64,000 nucleotides of DNA, from contig OZ024742.1 of assembly GCA_964016885.1 (NCBI GenBank), positions 183,148,001 through 183,212,000 on the forward strand. Direction: 5' to 3'. Positions within the stretch are counted from its first letter, which is position 1; the number at the start of each line of letters is the position of its first letter. This stretch comes from Eledone cirrhosa. Lineage: Eukaryota. A program made the translations under genes and the position numbers. Positions 41,480 to 55,479 of the stretch are shown here, piece by piece. The notes under the pieces are model-generated. The model searched no databases and had not been told where the DNA came from. It was given only the letters and a program-made list of their open reading frames with translations.

Positions 41480-43808
41480 AAGTTGGTGGCGGAACAGTAA
41501 GGTGGAGGAGTCAATCAAGGCCAAAAAACAGGCTTGGAAAGTGTGGCGGGATCGGGGAAGAGAACACTATCAAGTGGCCAGGAGAAAAGCTAGGAGACAA
41601 GTGTACTTTGCAAGGAGGGAAGCAGAGGAAAGTTCAAGCATGTTCTACAACGCGAGGACCAAAAACGTGGTGTTCAGGATTGCAAGACAATGTGTCAAGG
41701 AAAACCGTGATATTGTCAGGGGGAAGTGTGTCCGTAATGATGATGGTGTACTTGCCCTCACTGATACTGATAAGAAGGTAGCTTGGAAGTGTCACTACGA
41801 GAGACTACTAAATGAGGAGAATAAATGGGAAAAAGATAGTCTGCCCCAAATCGATCCAATAGCGGGACCAGAGGTGCAAGTTAAAGGTAGTATAATAAGT
41901 AAGGCAATCAAAGATATGAAGACAGGCAAAGCAGCTGGGCCTTCGGAGATAGTTGCTGAGATGTTGAAAGCATCTGGAATGGTGGGAGACACTGGTATGG
42001 TCACCCGGATAGTAAACCAAATAATACAGAATGGGGTCATACCAAATGACTGGCATAGCAGCAGCATCATTAACTGCTACAAGGGTAAAGGAGATGCTCT
42101 AGATAGGGGAAACTATAGAGACATTAAGTTAGTTGACCAGGTCATGAAGGTCACAGAAAGAGTTATAGCGCAACTAATTAGAGAGCGAATTGATCTAGAC
42201 GAAATGCAGTTTGGGTTTGTGTCAAGTAAAAGTATTAAAGACGCTCTTTTCCTTGTACCTAGCTAAAAGTAAACTCCCTCTACTTAGCTTTTGTTGACTT
42301 GGAGAAAGCCTTTGACAGAGTCTCCCGCTCCATTATCTGCTGGGCTCTTAGAAAACTAGGTGTAGATGAATGGCTTGTGAGAGCTATACAAGCCATGTAT
42401 AAAGAAACAGTCAGCAAGGTAGAATTAACAATGAATATAGTGAAGAATTTAGCATAAAAGTTGGTGTTCATCAAGGCCCTGTCCTTAGCCCCCTCCTATT
42501 TATTATTGCCCTTCAGGCTATAACAGAGGAGTTCAAGGGAACTTCTATACGCAGATGATCTAACTTTCATAGCTGAATCGATGGCTGAACTAGAGAAGAA
42601 ATTCCAAACATGGAAGCATGGCCTAGAATCAAAAGGCCTTAAAGTTAACTTGTCTAAGACTAAAGTTCTAGTATGTAGAAAGGAAAAGAGGGCACAGGTG
42701 CCCTCTGGGAAATTGCCATGCTCAGTGTGTAGGAAACAAGTAGGCAGAAATTCCATTTTATGTCCCAAATGCAAACTATGGGTACATAAAAGATGTAGTG
42801 GGATCACAGGTAAGCTATCTAAGAATGTAGATTTTATATGTGGCCGATGCTCAGGCGTAATAAGTAGCAAGTGCCCACAGGATACTAGCTCCTTCTATTG
42901 CCCAGATGGTTCTATAGAAATAGTGGACACTTTCCATTACCTCAGTGACAAAATCAGCAGTGGTGGAGGGTGCTCTGAAAGTACAGTAGCCAGAGTCAGA
43001 ACGGGATGGAAAAAGTTCAGAGAGCTTATACCACTATTGGCCACTAAAGGTTTCTCTCTAAAAATGAAAGGCAGATTGTATTACGAACAGCAATGTTACA
43101 TGGCAGTGAGACATGGGCATTGTGTGCAGAGGATCTGTGCAGACTGGAGAGGAATGAAACATGCATGTTCCGTTGGATGTGTAATAGTAATATACGCAAA
43201 CGGCAAAGCATAAATGAACTAAGGGAGAAATTTGGAATAAGAAGGATCAGATGCTGTTTACTCAAGAGAAGACTACGTTGGTATGGTTGTGTGATGCGCA
43301 GGGCAATCAAAATTGATGAAAGTTACGGAGTAGGTAGACGCAGAAAAACCTGTCACTGGACCGAGATCTTTGGCGCCACGCAGTAATACAGAAGACTCGC
43401 CTTGCCTATGTACAAAGCGAAACCTAGTCAGTAGCCACCTCTTAACCAAAATACACCTCCGTCCCACCACCCCCACTCCATCCACAACACCCCTTTCGAT
43501 GTAAAGTTATGTTGGTACCACAACATCCAGTCCAAAATAAATGAGGTCGTGTAGGTGTGTCATGACAAAAAAAACACAAAAAGTCCACGCTGTAATGTGG
43601 CCATGTAGGTAACAAGGTAAAAACATCCCAGTCAACACTGTAAATGTGGTTGGTGTTAGGAAGGGCATCCAGCCGTAGAAAAGCTGCCACAGTCCTATAC
43701 GAGCGAGACACAGTCACCCGACCAATTTTGCCTCAAGTGGGACAATTCCCGTCTAAACCCATGCTAGCGTGGAAGATAGATGCTAAAAGATGATGATGAT
43801 GATGATGA
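41480..43808 (+). mobile_element. RTE-clade LINE, 5'-truncated and frameshifted
   Basis: KAAGPSEIVAEML, NYRDIKL, FVDLEKAFD, VHQG, LLYADD, HGSETW, RRLRWYG; (GAT)n tail. Confidence 0.92.
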
Positions 43809-44039
43809 TATACACACATATTTATAAATATATATATATTTATACATGTGTATATATGTTTAAATATATATGAATATATATATATATACACATATTCATA
43901 TATATTTAAACATATATACACATGTATATATATATACACATATTTATAAATATATATATATATAAATATCTATAAATATGTGTATATATATAAACATGTG
44001 TATATATGTTTAAATATGAATATGTGTGTGTATATATAT

Positions 44040-45105
44040 ATAGATTTTATATGTGACCAGTGCTCAGGTGCAATAAATAGCAGCAAGTGCACACAGAATA
44101 CTAGCTCATTCCATTGCACAGATGGTTCTATAGAAATAGTGGACACCTTCCGTTACTTGGGTGACAAAATCAGCAGTGATGGAGGGTGCTCTGAAAGTAC
44201 AGTAGCCAGAGTCAGAACGGGATGGAAAAAGTTCAGAGAGCTTATACCACTATTGGCTACTAAAGGTTTCTCTCTAAAAATGAAAGGCAGGCTGTATGAT
44301 GCCTGTATACAAACAGCAATGTTACATGGCAGTGAGACTTGGGCATTGGGTACAGAGGATCTATGCAGACTGGAGTGAAACGAAGCTTGCATGCTCCGTT
44401 GGATGTGTAATAGTAATATTCGTGAACGGCAAAGCATAAATGAACTAAGTGAGAAATTAGGAATAAGAGGGATCAGATGCTGTTTACTCGAGAGAAGACT
44501 ACGTTGGTATGGTCATGTGATGCGCATGAAAGACGACAGCTGTATAAAAAAGTGCAGGGCGATCAAAATAGACGGTAGCCACGGAGTAGACAGACCCAGG
44601 AAAAAAATGGGACGACTTGATAAATTCCGACCTCACACACTTACACCTCTCCAAGACAATGTCACTGGACCGAGATCTTTGGCGCTACACAGTAATACAG
44701 AAGACCCGCCTTGCTTATGTACAAAGCGAAACCTACAGTCAGTAGCCACCTCTTAACCAAAATACACACCCGTCCCACCACCCCCACCTCATCCACAACA
44801 CCCCTTTCGATGTAAAGTTATGTTGGTACCACAACATCCAGTCCTAAATAAATGAGGTCGTGTAGGTGTCACGACAAAAAAACACAGTCGACGCTGTAAT
44901 GTGGCCATGTAGGTAACACGGTAAAAACCTCCCAGTCGACACTGTAAACGTGGTTGGTGTTAGGAAGGGCATCCAACCGTAGACAAACCCGCCAGACTGT
45001 CCTATACGAGCAAGACAACCAATCTTGCCTCAAGTGGGAAAATTCCCGTCCAAACCCATGCTAGCGTGGAAGATGGACGTTAAACGATGATGATGATGAT
45101 GATGA
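44040..45105 (+). mobile_element. Second 3' copy of the same RTE family
   Basis: Near-identical to 42830-43808. Confidence 0.9.
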
Positions 45106-45429
45106 TACATAAATTTATGCATAATGCATAGTCATATATTCATATGCACATACATGTGAGTATATATATATGTGTATACACATACACATTGATTTTGGTC
45201 ATCTATTCCTCCTGTCGTTTTGTGGGTTGATAAATGAAGTATCTGACCAGGGTAATAGATTGGAAGAATTGTTAAAACATTAAACAAAAAGCTTCACTGT
45301 ATCTATTTTTGATTTTTGTGTTCTGCGTTTGAACCTTACTTTCCTTTTCAATAGCATTACGTTCATGGAACAAGAAGAGTAAACTGCTTGTTTTCTACAA
45401 AAAAGAAAAAAAACATTGTTCAGATCTGC

Positions 45430-45720
45430 ATCTTGAAGAACTTTGGTCGTTTCCATTTTCTATAAACTATTCCATGAGAGCTTCTTTTGTTCCGCTGTCC
45501 AGGGATGTTGATTCCCCAACCTTACTGACTTTAGTCACATGCTCTACTTCAACATGGGGAAATTTTTGGTTACCATTTCCCAGCCTCTTCTGTGTATTTT
45601 ACACTGCACCTATAATCCTTTTCATTTGCAGGTTGGTCTCTGCTTCCTCAAGAGCTTTCTTTTTACACTAGATTTACTTCCTGTGAATATTTTTCTTAAA
45701 ACTACCAAGAACTGGCTATA
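45430..45720 (-). mobile_element. HERO/NeSL-like non-LTR retrotransposon fragment, decayed
   Basis: Reverse strand gives FTGSKSS..KALEEAETNLQMKRIIGAV*NTQKRLG and KLSWNSL*KME. Confidence 0.55.
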
Positions 45721-46307
45721 GAATTCTGCCTCTAAAAGACTCATTCAACCCATGCCAACATGGAAAAATAAAGCTAAACACAATGATGATCTCATAAATA
45801 AACAGGTTCACAGACATGATTTGATTCATGTTATCTTTTCTACCTCAAATTTACCTGTAACACCTGATGGAGATCATCTCCTCTTCAGGTCTGAATACAG
45901 CCAATTTCTTTCAGAGAAGGAGAGGGAGAGTGATAGAGAGAAAGTGGGAAAGAGATATAAGGAACTGAGTCCAGTACTTTATTTGATCTCAAAATGATGA
46001 AAAGCTGGAACAAATACAGCAAAGCATTCTATCTGACATTCTAACGAATGCTATTTCATTGCCTAATACTAGAAAATATTGCTAATAGAAATAATGCTTC
46101 TTCAGTTTCTTTCATAGACTCATCATCCCAAGAATTTCAGACCATTTCCAATTGACCACCTATGATTATAATATATAATGTTAAATATAACTGAATTCTA
46201 TGTGAAAGTTTCTTAGACTAGAACTTTTTTCAACACGATGACACATGTATGCGAATATTATGATAAATGTGCAAACACAGACACATATGCAAAAGTTAGT
46301 CGCTCAA

Positions 46308-46562
46308 ATCTATATATAGATTGTACACACAAGTGTAGTGAATGTTAGATGCTGTTTTCTGTAGTTTGTCATCACCCCTTCCTTCATCAATCATCTCTAG
46401 TGTGTGACACCATCACCTCTTCCTTCCTCTAGTGTGTGACGTCATCCCCCCTTTCTTCCGCAATCATCTCTAGTGTGTGATGTCATCACTCCTTCCTTCC
46501 TCAGTTATCTCTAGTGTGTGGCAGACAGACTGACAGACGTCACTCATATTTATATATAGATT
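46308..46562 (+). mobile_element. Helitron/HINE-like element with internal ~45-bp tandem repeats
   Basis: About four copies of tcatcaccccttccttc...tctctagtgtgtga; end gacagactgacagac...tttatatatagatt. Confidence 0.5.
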
Positions 46563-46891
46563 GCTTAAAATAAGAACAAAGAGTATGAGTTTGTTTAAAA
46601 TGTTTATTCTGTTTCTGTCGTGCAAAATGTTTTATTAACAGCCAAAATACATGTATGAATAAAAGATGTGTGTTCACTTTTCCATTGTGAAAAATAGAAC
46701 TGCAAGATGCTGGGAGAATAACATCTATGCAAATAGTCTAACAAAAGAAATAACTGAAAACTGTGAAACAAAGTTTGGATGTAAAGTAGTAGGATTGTGT
46801 TTGACAAAAGAAAATATGAAAATATTAACAAGGAAATTATTGGTTCAGCTTAACATTTTAGATAGACTCAAATTTTTATAGATTGATAAAG

Positions 46892-46949
<58 letters not shown>

Positions 46950-46979
46950 TAACTGCTTTCACGGAATTTAATTAGAAAT

Positions 46980-47740
46980 GAAGGTACATAGCTTAGTGGT
47001 TAGAGAGTTTAATTCATGATCGTAAGGCTGTAAATTTGATTACAGATGGCACATTGTGTCCTTGAGCAAGACACTTTATTTCCTGTTGCGCCAGGCCACT
47101 CAGCTGGAAAAAAGTTAGCTGTGTCTCTAACTCAAAGGGGCAGCTTTGACATAGTGTGTTTGTGGAATGCTGCACCAATTACACATTAATTGCATGAAGA
47201 GGTTGTTCCATTAATATCAAAACAACTAGAATACTTGATTTTGGAACCAACAGAGGCCCAACACTAGTTGTTAAGAAATGGATGAACTTCCAATAAAATT
47301 AAAAAATGTTTTAGCTTTATTTAAGAGTTATTCAACTTACAACTGAACTTTTAAATAATTCCTGAAAAATTTTTAAAGTGATTTTAGAGAGGCCTTTACT
47401 TTGAATTTAGTAATTTTTCGGTGGACGGGCATAACTTTGTGGTTAAGGTATTCATTTCATGATCATAAAACCACAAATTCAATTCTCAGTGGTGAGTTGT
47501 GTCCTTGAGCAAGATACTTTATTTCACATTGTTCCTGTCCACTGAAAAAAATGAGTTGTACCTGTAATCCAAAGGACCAGCTTTGTTATACACCGTGTCA
47601 TTCTGGATCTCCCTGGGAAATACATTAAAGGTTCACAAGTCTGTAAAATGCTCAGCAATGGCACATTAATTTTCCAAGCAGGTTGTTCTGCTGTTCAAAC
47701 AACTGATATGCCTATCATCAGTACTGACAGAAGCCAAACT
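46980..47740 (+). mobile_element. Two tRNA-derived CORE-like SINEs
   Basis: A/B-box-like heads with tgtgtccttgagcaaga; relatives at ~39375-39580 and ~50630-50970. Confidence 0.7.
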
Positions 47741-48289
47741 CTATTTGTTAAGAAATGAATGAACTTGTAATAAAGTAAACAAAAATGTGTTAGCTTTCTC
47801 ACAAGCAGATTGTTCTGGTGTTTAGATAACTGGAACATTTGCCATAGGAAATGACAGAGATCCAACACAACACATAACTTTGTATCTTATCTTTAAAAAA
47901 AATAGAACTAAACTCCATGGCTAAGCCAAGCCACAATTTTATGAAGGAGATTTCAATATGTGTATTTTCTGGATTTTGTAGATTTCAAGATTTGTTTACA
48001 TTTAGACAATATATATTTCCTATCGCAGTAAAATATATACACATTCTTTTATTTTGGAGATTTAAGAATAATTAGTGTGATTATTTGATTTAATGTATTA
48101 ATAAGATGGGTATGTGCATGTACATATGGACATGATAGCTTATGATATTGGAAATATGGAAATTGAATATGACAATGGCTTCATTAAGAACAGAGTAGAA
48201 ATATGTTACAAATGGCCTTTTGTGGACAAAACCACAAACTTTAAAAACAGTTACATAACTGTAACAAGTTAAATTTGGAGGTCATTTAA

Positions 48290-48636
48290 TTCTTAACATC
48301 CTGTGATGATTTTGCAGAAAATATCTAAAAACAGGTTTGATCGTTCAAATGTTTACAGTATTCTTACTAGTGGACAGATTGTTGTGAAAATTTGTCATAT
48401 TAGAGTAAAGACTATAGTTTTTAAGATGATGCAGTCATAGAGCTGGTTTTTACTTTTCAAGAGTGGCTTGCAATTGTGTTTTCATGTTGTTTGTTATTTC
48501 AAATGTTTATAGTAGCTTTACTGGTGAATGGATTGTTGTGAAAATTTACAATATTAAAATAAAGAGTAATTTTTTATGTGATACAGTCTTTCCTAGGATT
48601 GCTAATGTGATTTTGTGTGGTACAGGATGTTAAGAG
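48290..48636. mobile_element. piggyBac-like MITE with internal direct repeat
   Basis: TTAA ttcttaacatcctgtg ... tacaggatgttaagag TTAA. Confidence 0.6.
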
Positions 48637-49236
48637 TTAAAACAAAATATATGTAAATGGGATGATCATTTCTCAACAAACTGGAAAAGTGTTAACACAC
48701 ACCTGACAATGGCATACATTTCCACACATACACACATCCATTCATCAGTATTTACAGGGGAAAGAAGAGCACAAGCCATTGTTAATTAACAGAAGAAAAA
48801 AATTAGATTATTTGGTATATAAAATGGAAAAATGAATTTAATGTCCATGGGAATTTGTCCCCATTTACCACCAACCACTGTTTTGCATCTGTTAACCAAA
48901 AATATATATTGTTTCAAATGACTGCTATTATCATCATCATCACCCTCATTTTAATTGTGCAACATCTGAGCAATGGAGACATTATATTCTCAATAAAATG
49001 GCAAGTTCCCTCAACACAGAGTTTTACTGTTACAAGCTGCCACATACTTTTATCAACAATAAAAATATACACAATGTTTTACATAGCATCCAGTGGCTAA
49101 ACAACTCTGTGTTTGATATTCTTCATTGTTATTATGTATATATAACGACAGTTGTCATTATGTAAATTATATATTTCATCTTATATTGATGACGCCCTCC
49201 TTTCTATCATTTCTTTTCACTTTAAACTTCACACTT

Positions 49237-50298
49237 CTAACTAACACTTGCTATCTCTGTTTTTGACGCATTTCCATTCATTTTTATAGATTTCTCTTTA
49301 TTAATATCCCCAGTACCATCTCTTTTGTTAGATCTGGCTACAGGTCCTGTGCACGGCTCATTAACTTTACTGCCATTGATCATAGTTTCTAGTTGCTTCT
49401 TATTGTCAGCTTTCTGGCAGAATGTATTTTCTTGTTTAGACATTCCCTTGGAAGTGGCCCGGCAGTGAGTTGGGCATCCTTGGATAGGTTTACTAGCAGA
49501 AGTTACAGCAACTCCCTTTTGATTACCATTAGTTTGCAAACATTTTTGTGGAATATTTTGAGACATCTTCTGCCAGTTACCTTGAGAATTCTTCTGTCCA
49601 TAATTGTGAGCAACTTTTATTGAATTAGTTTGCATTACACGTTGTGCATTCGCTTGGTTTACTTTGGAAAGGGTCATTTCGTTGTTTTGGGGAAAGTTAC
49701 TTGGCTGAAACTTCTGATTTTGAAGTGTCCTTTGCATAAGCACCGGCAGAGGTTTCTGAAAATTTGCAATGGGCATTCTTTGAGAATTGAGTGGTACAGA
49801 ATTTGGTAAAGATTTGGGAGCTATAACTTGAGGTCTTTGAAAGATTTCAGGGGGTTTAGGTGCAATAAGCTGAGGTGTTTTGGGAGTTTGCAAATTTTTC
49901 TGATTATGACTATGCTTAGTCGATGGTGGTGGCTGAGTAGGTTTGTGAAATACAGCATTATCACTACATGGCCTCATTACAGAGTTGCTATTGGTTGTCG
50001 TTTCAGTGCAACTAGCATTGGTACGTACAGTAGTTGTAACAACAGTGGTTGTAGTAGGTGTTGGTGTGGTCAGTTGAATGGTAGTGGCAGTAGGTGTTAA
50101 ACTTGTTGATGTTTTAGTCACATGTGTCACAGTTGCTGTACTATTTACTACATTGTTAGTAACACTGCTGGTAGACACTGATAGCTTTACTTTATTATCT
50201 TTCACACTTTTGTTTTCTGAGACAGCTTCTGTGTTAGAGAGCTTCGGCTTCTTAGCATTATTCTCAAATACAGAATAGAACAGTCGTAATGGAGCATT
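49237..50298 (-). CDS. BMI1: BMI1/PCGF-like Polycomb protein, last coding exon (RAWUL end plus ~340-aa basic low-complexity tail)
   Basis: Acceptor tcttttgcAG then NAPLRLFYSV (BMI1: NGPLPLKYRV); open to TAG; phase 0 matches the previous exon. Confidence 0.93.
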   Translation of the reverse strand, partial: NAPLRLFYSVFENNAKKPKLSNTEAVSENKSVKDNKVKLSVSTSSVTNNVVNSTATVTHVTKTSTSLTPTATTIQLTTPTPTTTTVVTTTVRTNASCTETTTNSNSVMRPCSDNAVFHKPTQPPPSTKHSHNQKNLQTPKTPQLIAPKPPEIFQRPQVIAPKSLPNSVPLNSQRMPIANFQKPLPVLMQRTLQNQKFQPSNFPQNNEMTLSKVNQANAQRVMQTNSIKVAHNYGQKNSQGNWQKMSQNIPQKCLQTNGNQKGVAVTSASKPIQGCPTHCRATSKGMSKQENTFCQKADNKKQLETMINGSKVNEPCTGPVARSNKRDGTGDINKEKSIKMNGNASKTEIASVS

Positions 50299-52220
50299 CT
50301 GCAAAAGACATTTCAGTGAGATATTAATCATAAATAACAAGGTAAAATGACAATTTTTTAAACATTAAATAATAGGTTAAAATAAACAATTCTTTTTTCC
50401 ATAAAAAGGAGCCAATCATCAGATCAGACCAAAGTCACTATATTTCGATTGCTGATACTATTTGCTGCTTGCAATTCCTGGCAGAAGGAGCAATGTAAAC
50501 TAAAGTAGCTTGCTCAAGAACAAACACAATGCACCGCCCGGTCCACAAAACTGAGAACAGAATTTACAAGAATGTACAACATATACAATCTATTTTGTGT
50601 CAAAGTTATTGTTATTAAATAGACAGTGGATGTAGCATAGCTAAATGATAAAGATTGCTTTGTAATCATAAGGTCTTGGGTTTGATCTTATTTCATGGCA
50701 TCTAAGCCAAGCATTATCAAACATAGCCACATGTCACCCATACCTTTTCAATGAAACTGTGTAGGCCAAAACTGTTTGAACACCTATCAGATGAACTGTA
50801 CCTGTAATTCAAAGAGCCAACTATGTTACAGTGGCATGCAAATTCTCCCTGCAAATTACATTACAGGTACATGTGTCAATGGGATACTCAGTCACATGCC
50901 TGTTAATTTCATGAGCAGGCTGTTCCATTGATTGAACAACAAGATCACTCATCCTTGAAACAAATGGAGGTTTATCTTCATTCTCTTAAACTGACTATGT
51001 TATTTTAAATACATTAATCTGTTAAAGCCATGTCAAGCTAATCAAATTGAGTATTGATCCATTAATTGTGTATCTGAGTCACAGAGTCAATTTTAATGGT
51101 TCTACATAGTATTCACAGGTTTCATCCTATCCTCTCACTTCATAACTTTATCTACTGGCTACTTTAGTGCAATGAGTTACTATTTCTATTACAACTTCAT
51201 ACTATCTGCCTGTCTCAACTCCCGGTAGAAGGAGGCAGGATTTCAATTCAGAATGTACAGAGTCAAGTCAGATACTGATTCTGCTAATCTGTTACCCCTG
51301 GATTGGTACTTATTTATTGATCCTGAAAGGATGAAAGGCAAAGCAGACCAGGGTGGGATTTAAATTAAAAAAGTAGTGAGCCGTAACAAATATCAAGGTA
51401 TATATTTAGACACTCTAATGACTTTGCCAATTTGATACCATTGTGTGTATTCATTTTAGAATAAGTACATGGAATTCCCGTGTCATAAGAGATGACTAAA
51501 ACAGTTGGTACCAGGAAGGACATAGGCCATAAAGCACTGCCTCAAAAAGGACCCCATGGAGATTGAAAGGCTACCGCCAGCTTTAGCAGGGAATATGACC
51601 TTAAAGCATTTGTTTTTGTACTAACACTTAATCAGGCTAAATCAACATCCAGTAACTGATACATATACTTCAAATAGTGTATTTCTGTCAAATCTACAAT
51701 CACTAATACAGTAGACCACACAAACTCTCTACTCCCTCATTAGCTGATGAGAATGCCAATGTGTTGACTATTATCCTACTAGAAATAACAGTAAAATCTC
51801 TTTCACAACACACTCTACTATTGTGAAAACATAAAAGACATATTGAATCATATAAACCTGGATACACTGTGTCTGAAAAAAATAATACTGGATGGTCATG
51901 AGTAGAATGGATTTGATTAAAAATCTGCTCAGTTATGGTTAACCCAGGGCTAAATCCCTCTCCTCATAAAATCTATTCACATGATTTTTCAAACAATTTT
52001 GAAAATAATCAAAAATTTGAAGAGATTTTGTAATATATCTAACTTTCTAATATTAAACTGATGTTTGGACCTTAACGAAGATTCTTATGTAAAATTATTA
52101 TGGAAGGTTTTTTTTCAAGATAAATATACGAACACTTTAAAACAGTTTTGTCAGTTCAACCAATGTCAACATGGAAACGGACATAAAACAATGATGATGA
52201 TGATGTCTATAGAAACTTAC

Positions 52221-52301
52221 CCGTCTCCAAGTATAAATGTAAGCAATATCAATCAAAGTGTAGTTATCTTTCAGTGGTTCATCAGAGTGAAATATATGAA
52301 T
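52221..52301 (-). CDS. BMI1: BMI1/PCGF-like exon (RAWUL)
   Basis: tttac[29 protein letters not shown] GTaagt; missed by the ORF track. Confidence 0.97.
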
Positions 52302-53159
52302 CTGTAAAGACAAAAATATTTACATAAGAAATGAGAGAATACTAGCTGACCTCGTGGAAATTCCATAGTTTAATTAGAAACAAACACCAAGTATTCAACA
52401 TCTATATGACATTTTAAATGTTTTATTTATAAGTCATAAGTAAATACACACATCTGGGATTTAAAAAATATGGCAATGCATTGGCAGTTGTTACAATGTC
52501 AGATAGAGTACTTTGCAGTATTCATTCCAATTATGTGTTTTGAGTTCAAATATTGCCAAGATCCACTTTAACTTTCATCATTTTGAAGTAGATAAAATAC
52601 ATAACATTCCATTACTAGGGTTGATACTTCCTTTATATTTCTTTCTCTATCTCGCTGGAAGAAATTGGTTGTTTTCAGACATGGAGAGGGAGGAGACCCA
52701 CTAGGTTTAAAGTGCCTAAGACATACTGTATGTCATGACAACACCCATACAAGTCCATCATACTATATAGGCCCATACATGCATTTAACAAATATAATTT
52801 TTGGTGTTGCCAATCACTACTACCGCTCTCTCTCTGTCTCTAAGTATCTCTCTCTCTCTCTCTCATACACACTCACTCTTACCATTTCCTTTCCATAAAG
52901 ACTTGTTACAAAATAGGACTAAAAAAGAATTTCAGCATTGACACAACTACCACCACCAATGCAACCCCCCCCCCCAACAATATAGGTGTAAGGGGCTTCC
53001 CATGAGGTTGCATCTGACAAACCAGATATTTTATGGGGAGGGGCTTGTCAATGAAGTTGACTTCATTGAGGTCTTAACTTAGAAGGGATGTAACTAAATA
53101 GTGCAAAGCATTTTGCCCAACACTTTAGCAGTTCTGTCAATTCACCACCCCAAATAATA

Positions 53160-53690
53160 ATAATTGTTCCTACTTTTGGTACAAGGCCAGCAATTTGAAG
53201 AGAAGAGGAAGGAGGGGAAGTTGATAAAATCGACCCCAGTGCATTACTGGTACTTTATTTTTTATCGGCAGTAAGGATGGAAGGTAAATCTAACCTCGAT
53301 GGGATTTGAGCTCAGAATGTAAAGAGTAGTAACTATATGCTGCAAAACCTGTGGCTCGATGCTCTACAGCTACTACCAACCCACCACACTACCCTAAATA
53401 ATAATAATAATAATAAAAATCGTACAAAAATGATATATAATAGAGCTCCAGTATGGCCAGAACCACATTCGTTTCGATCAACTGAACACGTAAAAAATAA
53501 CATTCAATTTTAGGCACAAGGCCAGATTTTTGTAGAGTGGGTAAGTTGATTGTATCGACACCAGTACTTTACTGGTACTTACTGACTTCGGAAGGTTGAA
53601 AAGCAAATTTGATATTGACGGGATTTGAATGTAAACAGCTTGAACAAATATCTTAAGGCATTTCTTCTGATCCTCTAATGACTTTGCCAA
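53160..53690 (-). mobile_element. Two Meta-domain-like SINEs (intronic)
   Basis: Reverse complements of the 28300-28480 family. Confidence 0.7.
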
Positions 53691-53701
53691 TCCAAATAAT
53701 G

Positions 53702-53737
<36 letters not shown>

Positions 53738-53936
53738 CAAGAAATAAATTAATTCTCCACTAAAAGTACATCTAGGTATATTTAGCTCCACCCCAACATA
53801 TAAATATTATAGGTTTATGTGAATTTCTATAAGGATATATTATCTTTTTAATAATCATTATTTTCATCCATTATATATAATACATCATGCTGACAGATAC
53901 AATACAACATCCTTTCCTTCTAGCAAACATATTGGA

Positions 53937-53980
<44 letters not shown>

Positions 53981-54033
53981 AATATATATATATATATCAG
54001 ACCCATGCAAGCGTGGAAGATGGACGATAAACA

Positions 54034-54129
<96 letters not shown>

Positions 54130-54272
54130 TATAAATAAGGAAAAAGATACACTCAATGCATATTGGAAAGAAATGGAAGGAAAAAGTAGGTGGATCAGGG
54201 AATGCAAAAATATGGAAAAAACAACAAAAAGTATACTGAAAGATTAAGGCAAATAGTTATGGTATGACTCAC

Positions 54273-54371
54273 TTCATAGCGTTGAGATAATTCAAATTTC
54301 ATCCGCAGAAATTTCTTTAAATGTGCAACTGTAAAAGCTGCAGGACAGAGAAGGTAACGGATTTCTTTGCT
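54273..54371 (-). CDS. BMI1: BMI1/PCGF-like exon (RAWUL)
   Basis: (t)n-gcAG SKEIRYLLCPAAFTVAHLKKFLRMKFELSQRYE GTgagt. Confidence 0.97.
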
Positions 54372-54719
54372 CTGCAAAAAAAAAAAAAAGTATAATTAAA
54401 TAAATAAATAAAATATTAGATAAAGGATACACAAACAAATAGAGAAGGTATTAAAAATTTGCATGAGAATATATATATTTTTTGTTTCTCTATCAATCTG
54501 TGGAATAATACCATAAAGTTAATGCGATAAATGATATTCTGCATTAATAAATATATTTAAATATATATATGCTAGCGTGGATGATAGCCGTTAAATGATG
54601 ATGATGATGATGATGATGATATATATATATATATAAATGTATATAAATATATATATAAATATATATACATATATATATAAATATATATACATATATATAT
54701 ATATATAAATATATATATA

Positions 54720-54799
<80 letters not shown>

Positions 54800-54807
54800 C
54801 ATATATA

Positions 54808-54845
<38 letters not shown>

Positions 54846-54862
54846 AATATATATATATATAC

Positions 54863-54913
<51 letters not shown>

Positions 54914-55034
54914 CATATATATATATTCATATATATATATATATACATATACACATATACATATTCATATACATATACATATATACATATACATATATAC
55001 ATATACATATATACATATATATATACATATATAT

Positions 55035-55069
<35 letters not shown>

Positions 55070-55166
55070 TATATATATCTACATATACATATACATATAT
55101 ATATATATATACATATACATATACATATATATATACATATATATATATATATACATATACATATAC

Positions 55167-55197
<31 letters not shown>

Positions 55198-55310
55198 CAT
55201 ATATATACATATATATATACATACATATATATATACATACATATATATATACATGTATATATATATATACATACATATATATATATATACATATATATAC
55301 ATATATATAC

Positions 55311-55345
<35 letters not shown>

Positions 55346-55479
55346 CATATATATACATATATATATACATGTATATATATATATACATACAAATACATAT
55401 ATATATATATACATATGTCCCAAGGCTCTGATACCATCAACACTATAAACACAGAACTGGCAAATCTAAGAACTGACTA

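Noticed and set aside
50299-50340. ORF-track start of the 367-aa ORF as a standalone gene
   Set aside because: This part is intron; a canonical acceptor at 50299-50300 joins the rest to upstream RAWUL exons
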